Of a DNA stretch of 64,000 bases, positions 1-12,872 are shown one piece after another. A program made the position numbers and the translations under genes. This stretch comes from Vermamoeba vermiformis. Taxonomy: Eukaryota. Each line of letters begins with the position of its first letter. The first letter of the stretch is position 1. The notes under the pieces were generated by a model. That model was given only the letters and a program-made list of their open reading frames with translations. It searched no databases and was not told the DNA's origin. Where the stretch lies: positions 62,001-126,000 of the forward strand of contig JBEWZL010000077.1 in NCBI GenBank assembly GCA_045837725.1, read 5' to 3'.

Positions 1-386
1 TAACGGAAATCCAAGCATTTTGTGAGGCGTCAGTTTCAGGGGCACTCGCATCTGCGATCTTTTTTTTCTTTTTTGGTTGTTCGACAATTTCTTTGTCAAC
101 GGACTCGAGGTTTCTTTTTTTAGCTCTGCTCATCTTTGCTTTCGTCTGGTTAGAGTATCTTTCCTTTTTTTTACAGGAAATTGTCCGCGGGCCTGTCAAC
201 AACCGCGTCAGAAAAAAACACGAACAACGTGCTAATGAGGCCTCGAAATGTCAGAAAAATAGAAGAATGAACACGAAAGTTCTTTACACCGCAAAGTAAG
301 TCGCCATTGTAAGTACAAATATTATTGCTATTATCCAGGAGGTGTTGTCGAGCCACCCATTGGAACGTGCCCCATCTTTACGCAGG

Positions 387-3300
387 TTAATCTGCATCGT
401 TGTTATCCAAGTTGAAGGCACTGCCGGCACGAGTGAGAAGTTGTTGACTGGAAGCAAGACTCGATGAACGAGCGAGCAACGGTCGATTGGCATTGTTGTT
501 GTTGTTTGCTGCTGATGATGACACGTCAGTAATTGAAAACAAAGACACGAAAAGTCGATTTTGACTCACTTCTGCCAGATGACTTGTTGCGTGTGTACAG
601 CTCTTCTTCGACACTGTCACGCACAACAAAGCGAACAAGATGCACTTTCTGATCTTGTCCTTGTCGATGCGCACGACCCAGTGCTTGCATCTCGTACGCT
701 CGTGCTTCTTCAATGCTGCCTTGCATCGGATCCAGCAACACGACGTAGTTGGCTTCGATCAAATTCGTTCCCGATGCTGCGTCACTCAAGCACAACAACA
801 AGACTTTGACATTCTCTTCTTTGAATTGTTTCAATTTCTTCGTCTTTTGCGTCACATTTCTATCACACAATCGCGTTAAATTAAATAGTACAGTAAAGAG
901 TCAATTACCCTTCTAGTCTAACGGAGTTGATGTTTGATTGTTGAAGAATAGTCTCCACCGTTTCTAAATAACTAGCGAACTATTATGGGAATAATTATTA
1001 GTGACTCGTTCATGAGTGAATTTTTCACTGAACCGAAGAAAGCTTTCCTTTGAAAACAAAATGAATCGATTGTCATCGTCCTCTTTGATGCAATCATTGA
1101 GCCATTCGATAATTTTGCTCATTTTGCTGCCGTGTTTGTTCATCAGCGTCAATCGTGCATGTTCATCGTTCTCTGAAATATTTTTGCCTTGAAGAACGAA
1201 CGGCACTTTAGGCCACTCATTGCGCAGCACTTCAGTTTCCTTGATCTCTTTTTGATAGCTCTTAATGGCCGCTTTCTTGACTTTGATAATCTTGTTATTT
1301 CGCGTAATGTTTCTTTTTTTCTGCTCGGGTGCCTGTAAATAACACATTAGTCCACCTTGTCCTATAAAATACTGCCTAGTGCAATGTATTCACTTACCAT
1401 ATTAGCGTAGAAAGGGTCGGTATCATAATCAGCGATTGATTTTTCGACGCGTTTAATCTCATCCTCACAATATGCAATCGAGGACTCCATTCGTTGGATC
1501 AAGCTCTATCAAAATATTAGCTCTTGTATATATCAATAAATGAACAAGTTGCGACGTACATTCAGTTCTTCAATACGGCGAGGTGGAATTTCATCGACAG
1601 AAGGATACGAAAATATTCCACAACACAGTTTAATATTAGCTTCGGCCGTTGATTCTGGGAAAAAATTAGATAGTAACAATAAGGGATTAACTATTTTTCT
1701 GCTTACGCAAACTTTAATGCAATAAAGTTTCAATGGGACTGAAGTCGACGTATACCACTTCTTCGACGTAATCAGGCACGGTATACTCCGAAGTGATACT
1801 TTCTTTCGTGTTTCGCCAAATAAGGTTATTGAAGATCAAATCATTTTCAATCCACCTAGCAAAGGATTAGCCTCGTCAATAATTGAAAAACTCACATCTC
1901 GTATTGTTCACCGATAGTGTTCTCAGGCACCAAATCATTCGCCCAAATTCCTAAAAATCTCTTTGCAGCCGAGTAGAGCTCCCTAAATTAGTCGTTATTA
2001 CCAAATTTGGAAATTATTTTGCTATGTAGGGCTTACGGCTTCGGAAACGGCGTTGCACTGACGTACCAACCAAATGATTTAGTCAGGCCACTAACACACC
2101 CTACAATAGCACAGATATTATTAAGACAACGTTGTTATGATAATAAAACGTACGCTCGACCAGGGAGTCATTAAAAACCTCATGTGCCTCATCAACGACC
2201 ACGCGTTCCCAGTGGAAGTGATCGAGAATTGGTGCGGACTCATTGAACTTGTCACCGCTTTTAACCTTCTATAATAAAGATATTAGACGTGCTTAGTAAG
2301 AAATGATCGCATTTGAATGCTTGCCTCAAGATTTTTTGCCAAATGACCGGCACGCTTCTCAAGTCCAGGAATGCTAACTGTAACTTTCTTTTTGTCGCAT
2401 CCAAGACTGAAAAAGTTCTTGTTCTTAAATAACGTTGAGGTAGCTATGAAAATGTCTACGAACACATTAATAGCCTATAACTAATAGTATTTGAATCGTA
2501 CCAGCCGAGGCAATGTCGCCGTAAGTCAAGCCTTTGATGTCTTCGAGCGTGGTATACATTTGCACCTTGAGATCGGTATACTTTTTAATTTCATCCACCC
2601 ATTGTTGCGCCAAATGATTAGGGCACACGACTACAATAGTACTGTTAGCTCTAATACCAAGCACTCTACACGAAACTGTACCTAGTGTTGCACGAGTGTT
2701 AAACAGGCCACTCTCATCAAACTCGGGGAGTTTTTCCTTGTTGTGCGATAGCAAGGCCATGCCAATCACTATTAAAGAGTTAGTATGAAGATAATAAAAG
2801 TAAAATATCGTGACCGGACCTTCGACAGTTTTTCCGAGTCCAACAGCATCAGCGAGCACCCCACCCTTTGATTTGAAGCTGCCAATATACTCGTTCACTT
2901 TATCGCTCGACACGAACTTCTTATCGTGCAAATTGACCAACACGGATGAACGACTGGCACGCCATGGAACCAAGTCACAGTACTTGAACTCTGTATTGAT
3001 TAGGTTAATAATTAAAGTCAATAGGAAACGGTAGTATATAAGACCTAGCATTACGTTGATGTACCATTAATATAAGAAATTATAGCGTACCTTCATCAAC
3101 ATCATTTTCAGTCGAGGTCATCCAGCTGATTGCATCAAGTTGATATCTGTGGAATTTGAATTCTGCCTTCAGTCCCTGCGGCGCATCTATTTTAGGCGGC
3201 ATCTGCGATACATTTTGAGTTTATTGAGGCCAAATAATAATAATCAATGGAAACTTACGAATGGGAACATGGCCTGCTTCAATTCATAAAATTTTTCGCC

Positions 3301-4292
3301 CTCTTTTTTCATGAATTGCGTCACTTCAGGAACTACTCCCTGATTAATTAAGAAGTCTTCGAGATCGATTTTCTTGCCAGAATTGACGAGATTCTCTAAC
3401 CTAATAAGGAAATCGTAAATTAATACTTCGATCTGGATGCGAGCTGACACTTACTCAAACGCGTTGCAGAAGTACTTAATCTTTACAGCAGGCTCTTCGT
3501 GCTCCATTACTTTCATAGCATGAGCTTCTATTTTAAGAAGTGACGAATTAACGGCGTCGCTTTCAAGCATCTGTTGATCCGGCAATGATTTAATCAACTC
3601 CGCGAGAAATACATCCATTTGCCTCTTGGTATTCGTACTATCGTATACTTTACCACTATCATGGCAGTAAAACGATTTACCGTCGAATTTCTTCGATGCA
3701 TCAAAATTCAAAAATTCGACCTGTAGATCTTGCTTATTAAACTGCTTTAGTTTATACAACCATTTACGTACGTCATAACCCTCGAAATTGCCTGCTGCTC
3801 TCTCGTGGGCACCTGTCTTGGAAACGCGAAACAACAGTTCATCGCCAGGCAAAAAGTGCTGATTGAACTTCCGGCACATCGTTCTTAGTTTATCTTTTTT
3901 TACTATAAAAGTAATTAAAAAATAAATTATCGTTCCTTTAGTAATGCAGATGTCGTTTTTGTAGTCTGAGATCGGTTGAATGAAAATTAAAGAAAATATT
4001 ACATACTGTCTGTATCGAAGAATAGCTCGGAATACCAATTAGCTTCATAATTATCAATGCCAATCAGAGTCCAATTTAAAGAAGCAGATGCGCAATCCCA
4101 CCAGTATTTACAGACTTCACTGCACTTCAGCTTATCATTATAAGGCAAATTTTCAAAAACTTCCAGCATAATCTCTTTGGGCAAGACAAGGTTAACGAAA
4201 GCGGTGTGATCGGAGTCGATCTTCCGTTTCTTATTGGGCTGATGAATCGCTGGCGATTCTAAGGGTCTCTTTTTTGATGCAGTGCTCATCAT
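387..4292 (-). CDS. F-box + SNF2-family (Rad5/16-like) helicase/ATPase, multi-exon, paralog 1
   Basis: N-terminal F-box LPKEIMLEVFENLPYNDKLKCSEVCKYW; motif I GGVLADAVGLGKT; Ia VVCPNHLAQQW; II VVVDEAHE; III WYVSATPF; helicase-C AASGTNLIEANYVVLLDP and QALGRAHRQGQ; GT-AG introns join the ORF pieces. Confidence 0.9.
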
Positions 4293-4544
4293 GGTGTTGT
4301 TATAAATTCTGAACCAAATCTCGAGCTAATTAATTTTAGGCGCGAACACAAAATCAGAAAAATCCCCGAAGGCCGTTCTTGGTTGGTATCCGGCTAAAAG
4401 TCACCACTGCTCAAGATTAGTCTTTGGTATTGTAGGCCACTAAATAATCGAGACCTAGTTGAACAAGCTCAGGAACACCGCCTGTAGCTTCGACAAACCA
4501 TTCCAGGTCCAATTCTCTACAACCCAACCACATTACTAGCTGCA

Positions 4545-6115
4545 ATGAAGAGAAACGGTAAATGATTAACAAGAATTCGAGGAAGAGAAGTAAAAAGACT
4601 CATTATTAATTTGCAGCTGACTCGATCGAAGAAAAGGATCTGGGTCCTGCCCCAAAGAAAGCTAAAAGTAACGTGCTGTTTTGTTATGAGTTTTAAATCT
4701 CACCAATTAATTTAATTAGCGGAAGACACTCTTTTTAACCGCAAAAACAACTGGGTAGTGGTTCGTACTGCAAATGAATCCAGATGTGATTAACTTCATT
4801 GTAGCATTGGCTCAAACCTGTAGCCAAAAGGGAAGACGGTAGCTTTCTCAAATTAAATTACTCGTTTAGTAGTGTCGAAGATCCTCTGCCGGTGCACGTC
4901 GCAGACTCCGAATACCTCGGAATGCAAGGGCAATTCTTTTGTAATAAGAGTCTGGAACCAAATCTTTGGATTCAAACTGGCATACCAGGCAGTGGCAAAT
5001 CAACGATGGTCATGTCACTGGCAGAACAAAATAACTGCGCCTACGTTCGATTGGATGCAAACGCGACCATTTTCAAAAGTATGATGGCCACGATGGACAA
5101 AGTTTGCAGCGAGGCGCCAATATATCACATGAACTTGCATAATGAATTGTCTATAATTGCTAAGCTTACGCTCACAACTATCCTGGAACATTTGTGCAAG
5201 TTGATGGTCAGTAACAAAACCGAATTCTTGCCTAACGGAGATTTCAATCTGGAATTAACTGGGTACGCCGAACTGGCAGACAAGCAACAAAGAGGCGAAG
5301 TTCATTACAATACCAACTCTCGCTTAATGGAAGTCAGGAATCGAGTGCGAGAAATTGTTACGCGGGAATTCCTCATCATTCACATTGACAATACGGAGTG
5401 TTGGGCCTGGCCAGACAAAGGCACATATACTCACGAAGGCACCGTTCAAACTGTTGAAGAAGCTAAAGCGTACAGAGTTCACGCGTTTGTGCTCGCATGC
5501 ATTTGTTGGAGTGGCGACGTAAGAACTGTTCTGACTGGAAGAAATCCATCAATTGAGCGCTTGATTTATAAACCATTTCTCAAGCGATTCAATGCCAAAG
5601 AGCTACCTACATCAACGCTAGAATCAGTACGCTGTATTCTTGACTTATTTGTGGACACAAACGTGATTGATACGACGATAATGAAACAATTGATCGGACC
5701 TTTTAGAATACTGCAGTACTTCATATATTACCTCTATAATGGACGAGATCCACAACAAGCTCTTGAGAGTGCTTACAACCGTTGGAAAATTATACCGGAA
5801 GAGTCTTTGAAACAATTTCCTGAACGAGCAGACGCCTTGATGTTTATCCACAATTGTCCTGAAATGTTCTTCGGAGCTAAGACCCACGACGTAGTAAGAA
5901 TTTCAACGGCAAAAGTGCCTGAATGGGCTGAGTTGGTTGAAAAATCGTTACTGACGCTAAATTGGATGTCGAGCAGCAATGTTCTGTATATTCAAAGGCT
6001 TTATCCGTTTTTGCTCCGACTATTGATTGAAAATTGTCGACTGGTCGATTACACATTTAGTCGCAATTCATTAATGAAAACGCTGTGCGGCGTTGATTTA
6101 CAAGAAAATGACTAG
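4545..6115 (+). CDS. P-loop NTPase protein, Crinkler/RHS-effector-like
   Basis: Short spliced 5' exons (MKRN|ADSIEEKDLGPAPKKAK) lead to the 407-aa ORF with Walker A GIPGSGKST and Walker B-like LIIHID. Family assignment is inference. Confidence 0.6.
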
Positions 6116-6224
6116 GCTCAAAATCTCATCTGAAGCAGGATAATTACTACAATATTTCCGTTTTAACTAAAATAAATGTTTACCTTTAAATGTAATACAT
6201 TCAAGTATTGACGTCTTCAAGGGC

Positions 6225-9200
6225 TCACGTCCTGCTAAGCCTAGCCTCAACAGTGTCCTCCACTGCAAATCGCACAAGATGTACTTCTCGATCTTGTCTT
6301 TTTAGACAAACACGACCCAATGCACGTTGTTCGTGTGATTGACTGCTCGTACTGCCTTGAATCGGGTCCAATGGCACGACGTAATTCGCTTCAAGTGGAC
6401 TAAGATCAGCCGCATCTTTTAGCAAAGTCAATGCCACTCGAACATCCTCTTCTATGCACCGCTTAATTGCAGCCATTCTATGCAAAACATTCCTAACGAA
6501 CTGTAAGTTCAGACTTTGAGTCTTTTTTTGGAAGAAAACTTACCCTTGAATATGTATCGCCTTGATATTATTTTGAATAAGAGCGTTGTGAATTTTCGAT
6601 AAGTACGTAGGATCCTACAGAATGAATATTCATTCCGTTATTTATAAAACACAAAGATCGACGACTTACCTGCGAAAAAATTACCACGCGATTTTTCTCC
6701 GGGTTATTTAGCACTGTTTTGTTGAGCCACTCAATCAACGCTGCCACTTTACTGCCGTAGTTATTCACTAACGTCAGATGTGCCAACTCTTCGGTATCTT
6801 CGATATGCTTGTTTGCCAACACTGTATCGACAGCATTCCATTCTGATAACGACTTTTCAATCTTTGCTAGCTCGGAGTTGCAGTGAGACGAAGTGTAGCG
6901 ATTATTGGGCTTGTTTTGAACCCTGCTACTAGAAACAGGCCGAAAATTCGAAAGTACTCTTTGCCACTTTTCCTCTTCTTTCTATTTGAATAGTTAAATC
7001 TATAATATCGACCCATATGTACTTAGTACTTGCCTTCAAAGAGCTAATTCGCAACGCAATCGTATCGTCGATCGTACCGCCCGGTAGAAGGCCTTTCAAA
7101 ACGTTCGACTGCTGTTCCCGGCTACTGGCTTCTATTAAAATATTAATAATGGGTTAAATATTATTTACTCAAATTAACCTTTGTAAAGCAGCATTTCAAC
7201 TGGATGAAAATGAATTTTGTTGAAAATTTTGGTGTGCGCATAAGCTGGATCCATGATCGATTGAGGAGTGTTACGCCACGTGAAGTGATTGTTAATAATA
7301 GTGTGTTGGATATGCCTAAAAGATATCGCTTAGGACGAGAAAACAATCGATTTGACCTGATACTTGCTCCTCGTATCTATTTCCAATATCGGTATTGTCG
7401 ACCTTTGCCTCGATCTCAAAAAATCGTCTGGCAAAATGGCGCACACTCCTAAATTGCACAGATTAGATCCGGAAAAAGAAAGCACAACTTTCATTCAAGT
7501 GTACGTACACTGCAAGACGAATAGTTTCTTTGGCATCCAGATCGTGTTTAAACGGCTTTGCACTAACGTACCAGCCAAATGACTTCGGAATACCGCATAT
7601 TATATCTGAAAATAGTTTAGCACAGTTAACGCAGGAAGTAGAACCCTTACCACAAATGTACAACCCCAAAGTCAGTATTGAAGGAGCGTCGTCTAAGACT
7701 ATTCGCGGAAATTTGAAGTGTTCTAGCAAAGGTAATTTTCTTTTTAAGCCCTTTCCCGCTTTGACTCTCTGTTGTGCGACATCAGTCGTTAAACTTCTCG
7801 CGATAAATATACCGTAAACATACTTCGAGGCCTATTTTCAAATGCTCGACGCGAGCAGCAAAGCCAGCAGCATCTCTCTTGGGCTTGTTTTTCTTCAGCT
7901 TCGAACAAGCGTCAAAATATTTATTGTCTTGCAGCACTGCCGAAGAAATGATGACAAATCCTTCCATAATCTGTTAGGTTTATTGTCAAGTACCAAAAAC
8001 GCCTTACCTGACGTTGCTATATCATCGTATGCGATAGATTTAAGCTCTTCGAACTTAGAAATAGCGATAACTTTCATTTCAGTAAAGCCCGTCACTTCAT
8101 CGACCCAATGCTGAACCAAGTTTGCGGGGCATACCACTATGATAGATTAAAAAATCTTGCAGTTCTTATTATCGCCGTACATACCTAACGTCGCCCTCGT
8201 ATTGTATAGACCGTTGTCTCCTATCTCCGCAAACTCTTGCTTCAGCGTAAGAAGCGCTAACCCAATGACTGACAACAGTTAATGAAATGGTTGCGTCTCG
8301 CGACATCGTCATCTTGTACTTACTTTCCAGCGTTTTCCCAAGTCCAGTAACGTCAGCGAGCACCCCTCCTTTTATCTTGAGGCTTTTCATGTACTCCTTA
8401 AGGTCACCAGCTTTATCGCTCGACACGAACTTCTTATCGTGCAAATTGACCAACACGGATGAACGACTGGCGTGCCATGGAACCAAGTCACAGTACTTGA
8501 ACTCTGTATTGATTAGGTTAATAACTCAAGTCAATAAGATACAGTCAAATGTTACAGCAAAGTGAGAAAGTGACTCGTTACAAAAAGTCAAAACACGTAC
8601 CTTTATCAGCTTCTTTTTCAGTCGCAGCCATCCAATTTATCGCATCCAGCTGATACTTACGGAATTTAAATCCTTCCTTCAGTCCTAGCGGCGTGTCAAT
8701 GGTTTGAGACTGTTTTGGAGGTTAACGGCATGCGAGGTAGATCTAAGTGTCTTACCTTTGGAATATTCCGCACTCTAGGATTCATGAGCTCCACGCTTTC
8801 TTTGTCAATCAATTTTATAACCTCCTTTCCAACCATTATATTAATTAGGGCCTTTTCCCACTCCACGGATCCCTTCTCGACAGCACTCTCCAACCTAAAT
8901 TTAGCAACGAATGAGTATCGTTTAAAGATAGCGTAATTAACTTACTCCGATACATTGAAAAAATAATCTATGTAAAAAGCTTTCTGTGAACTTTGGATCC
9001 CACTGGCAGTACACTCGATTTGCCACTGCTTAGATTCGATTGAAGTACTGAATTCATTATTGACAAACAAATATGGCAAGAATTGCACTCCCTTTGGCGG
9101 GACATCGGACAACCAAATGCTGCCTGCAATTTGTACACCGGGATCTGCAACGGCAGAAACGTTTACCTATCAGACGAAATGTTATAAGCACTCTCCTGTT

Positions 9201-9651
9201 TTATTATTTAATTAGTACCGAGCACCACGGCGGCGTAAGTTTTGCTGTTAATTTAAAAGCTTCCTCAGAGTAGTACAGCTCATCGAATTTCTGGTTTCGT
9301 TCTGAATTCAATGTCATTGACGGTTAAGTTAAAACTCGTCAAATGAGTTGAAATGCAATTACCTGAGCCAGTGAGGATTTGTATTTCATCTCGACCAACG
9401 AAGATCCAGCCTTTGGATGTTGCGGATTCACATTCCAGCCAGTATTTACAAGTAACCGAGCAACTGCACAGATCTTGTAGCGTTAAATTCGAGAATACCT
9501 CTACCATTATTTCTTGCGGTAAAATCTCGTTGGATTGATGTCTTGTTTCCAAGTCAAGTTTAATTCTCTTTCTCGGTTGATAAATATCGACTTCGTAGTC
9601 ATTTAATATAGCACTTATTTTTCTCTTTTTTGATGAGGCCTCTAGCTCCAT
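6225..9651 (-). CDS. F-box + SNF2-family helicase paralog 2 with degenerate catalytic motifs
   Basis: F-box LPQEIMVEVFSNLTLQDLCSCSVTCKYW; GGVLADVTGLGKT; VCPANLVQHW; motif II IVLDDAP; motif III WYVSAKPF; motif VI QRALGRVCLKRQ. Collinear with the gene at 387-4292. Confidence 0.8.
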
Positions 9652-10171
9652 TTAATTCAGTTAGATTTTACTGTTCTTGTTTGATGAGCAGATTAGCGCT
9701 TTGCACAATCAGTATTGACCTCTCATTAAAAGCCCACGTCGACACTTCCTGGCATGTGTTGAATTTCGAAAAAGCAATAAATTGGGACGTTTTGTGGTGC
9801 TGAAAGCGTTCGTGTCAAAGTTCATTCATTTTGAAATATTTTTTCAGCTGTTTACAACGGTTACTTTACACTAGTAGCAGTTTATAACAGGTATGTACTG
9901 TTCACTCCTTAGCGTCATCTTAATCATGCAACTAATTGGGAAAAATCAGCTTCTTCCCTAACTTTTCTCGTGGTTGCGCGATCACCGAAAAACATTTTAT
10001 AAATTCATAACAATGCTCTACGGCATTGTAAAATATTATTGTAATATCATACCACGAGCACTGATTTTTCTAATATTTTATTGACGCTAATTTGCAGCGT
10101 CTTAAATTTTTCTATTCTCTAAACGTAATCTGACCAATTCTTACGAGCAGACAATCAACAGTACAGACATA

Positions 10172-11060
10172 ATGTCACAAAACAGAAGAGTCGTACTCTC
10201 AGGTAGCGGTGGCGACAGCGGTGGTTCTTTGAGCGATCGCTTTGGCCAGATTAACAAGCAATACCGCTCTCAAAACAGAGACGACGACAGAGGCGGACGA
10301 CGTGACAATAATAACAGCTTCGAGCGAAGAAAGCGAGGAGGAGGCGACAACAGACGCGGTGGTCGTGGCGATGGCAAAAAGTTCGGATTGAGCAAAGGCC
10401 CCAAGGATGGCGGCGTTCAAAAGCGAGATCGCAGTGGAGATAACAAGCCACGAGGTAAGACTCTAAGCATATTCAATACATATTATTTTTTGGCAATTTT
10501 TAGAATTAGTAGCTGATATTTTCTCGTGCAGGTGCCGGCCGAGGTGGATTCGGTAGAGGCGGAAGAGGCATGCATTTATATTTAATATTATAATATTCGA
10601 CCACTGTTTTTCTGTCGCGAAGTCCTTCGTACGCGTTGCTCTATGGTCTGGAAGTTCAAGTAGCTCTGTGCCCGCGAGGCCACATCCGGATTCAATAAGC
10701 GCTCGACGACGTGATTTCCGCAAATCAATCAATCAATTATATAACAAAACTGATCGAAGCCACAGCGTTCATAATAGCAAATAATTAAACGTTGTACTTA
10801 TCATTACAGGCGGTCGCGGTGGAGGTCGCGGTGGACGCGGAGGAAGCCACGGTGGCAAAGGCGGCAAGAAGGAGAAATTGTCAAAGGACGCCTTGGACAA
10901 GGAGTTGGACAGCTGGAACGCCGAAGATCCCGACAAGATGAAGGAGCTCTTGGACGCTGATTTGGAAGATTATGCTGCCAAGCGCGACGATGCCCCTGCT
11001 AGCAACACGAACGACAAGGCTGCTGCCGCCAACGACGACGACTTGGAGTTGGAGAAATAA
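10172..11060 (+). CDS. RGG-rich CHTOP/FoP-like mRNA export/chromatin protein
   Basis: N-terminal SLSDRF motif, RGG repeats over three exons, and duplicated C-terminal LDKELDSW/LDADLEDY motifs typical of the FoP duplication. Confidence 0.7.
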
Positions 11061-11326
11061 GCGCACGAACGATCTGTTTGTAAGAAGAAGATTGGACGAG
11101 AGAAGAATAAGACTCGTCAGATCTGAAAGAATTAAATATGGAAAAACGTTACAAAATCAAATAAAGATTGTATAGTAATCAAGGTGCGCAGGTACTTTTG
11201 AACTATTTACATATTAATATTATGTTACAGCAGGCTATTAACAATGGTGGTGGCAGTGGTTGTAGCTGACACTAACGTTATTACTGTTATCTAAAGAAAT
11301 GCGGATTAGACTTTTTGATCAGATCT

Positions 11327-12782
11327 TCAACGTTGATTAGTCGAGCACTTACTGTCATGGCAACAACGATCAATAACAGCGACACAAGCCATCATTACAA
11401 CGACGTCTTCACCTGGTTGGACTTCAAGGCCGTAGTTATCAGCGCAGGTGAAAAACTTCTTGGACACGTGGCCAACAGTTGCGTTGCCGCGTTGAATGGT
11501 GAAATCATAGGCACCCCAATTGCCCTTCATGATCAAGTCTTGTTGACCGTTGTGGAACTCTACGTCGTATTTTTGAGAGAAGAACTGGAAGCGACTCTTA
11601 ATGGTGGCCACGTGACGACCGCCCATCATAATCTTGAAGTGCGGCATGCCAAAGCGAACCTAAGGTACAGCACATTAGTTTCTATATTGCAAGTAATCGC
11701 TTGATAGTCCTGCAAGAAATTTCTGAAAGTTTAAGAAGCTCGTGGATCGGGCCATAAAAAAGCATTGACTCGTTGACTACGAATGAATTTCTAAGACTTA
11801 CCTTCTGTTCAATATAACAGGCCTCGAGGCCAGTGCGCAGATCGATAATTCTCATCGATGCGGGCCAAAATCTAGTCAAGCTTTCGAGTTGGAAAACGTC
11901 GTTGTTGAACGCGTCTTTAATCTTCATGTCACCGCAAGAGTACCATTTCTCTTTGATTTGCCAGCGTGTAGGCATATTAAAGACAGTGCCCTAAAGAGTT
12001 CCAATTAATAAGAACGTTTGTTTACGGGTCTTAAGGCAGTTTTCGTTTTTGCAATCTCACTTACCATTGGATATCCTTGTCTTTGCTGAACGATAGTCAC
12101 AGGTTGAATAATTTGTTGCGGGATCTGCTGTTGCATTGGCATATAGATCACTTGTTGATTGGGGTAAGGCGAGGGAACGAATTGTGGTTGAGGCATTGGA
12201 TTCACCATTTGCTGTGGTGGAGGCACGTTACCAACAACGTTGCCATTATTGTTAGGATATTGGGGGTATTGAGGGTACGGGTATTGTTGTGGCACATTTT
12301 GTGGGTACGCATATTGAGGAGGAGGAACGTAACCAGGTTGAGGGAAATACATTGGTTGAGGTGGATTAGGTGCAGGTGAATAAACTACGGGTGGTGCGAT
12401 GTAAGATCTTCCGTCACTGTTGTGAGGTGCTACAGATATCACTAAAAATAAAAGAATTAACAAACTTGGAAAATAAATTTCGAGTTTCCTAGATTTACAG
12501 GGGCGACTTTTACAACGTATGTTCTCGTCACTTTTTCTCATTTTCGTCCTCGTAGTAATTTAGGATAATTTAATACGCGTTCACTAAGGCTAAATTACCT
12601 GTTTGAGGCTGTTGCACGTGAGGGTTAGAGATGGGGGCTGGTGCTTGGACAGGTTGCGGTGCCAAGTTCGAAGGAGGCATGGGGTACATATTTTGGGATG
12701 AATAAGCTCCCGGGTAACTCATTTTATCCTTAAAAGTGTTGTTTGGTTGATCAGGAAAAATAAATGGCGGAAATGCGGCCAT
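11327..12782 (-). CDS. Pro/Gln-rich protein with C-terminal LURP-one/Tubby-C (scramblase-like) domain
   Basis: Pro/Gln/Tyr-rich N-terminal exons, then WQIKEKWYSCGDMKIKD...MKGNWGAYDFTI...VGHVSKKFF...YGLEVQPGED...VAVID, which matches the LURP-one pattern. Confidence 0.75.
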
Positions 12783-12872
12783 TTTGATTCATTTTCATTT
12801 TGTCGGCTGATTGTAACCTCAACAACTTCTCCTCATGACATAAAATATTGTATTGCATTATCACACGAGAGA

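Noticed and set aside
1-308. Possible 5' exons of a minus-strand gene leaving the window
   Set aside because: Lys/Glu-rich fragments present, but the frame could not be resolved across homopolymers.
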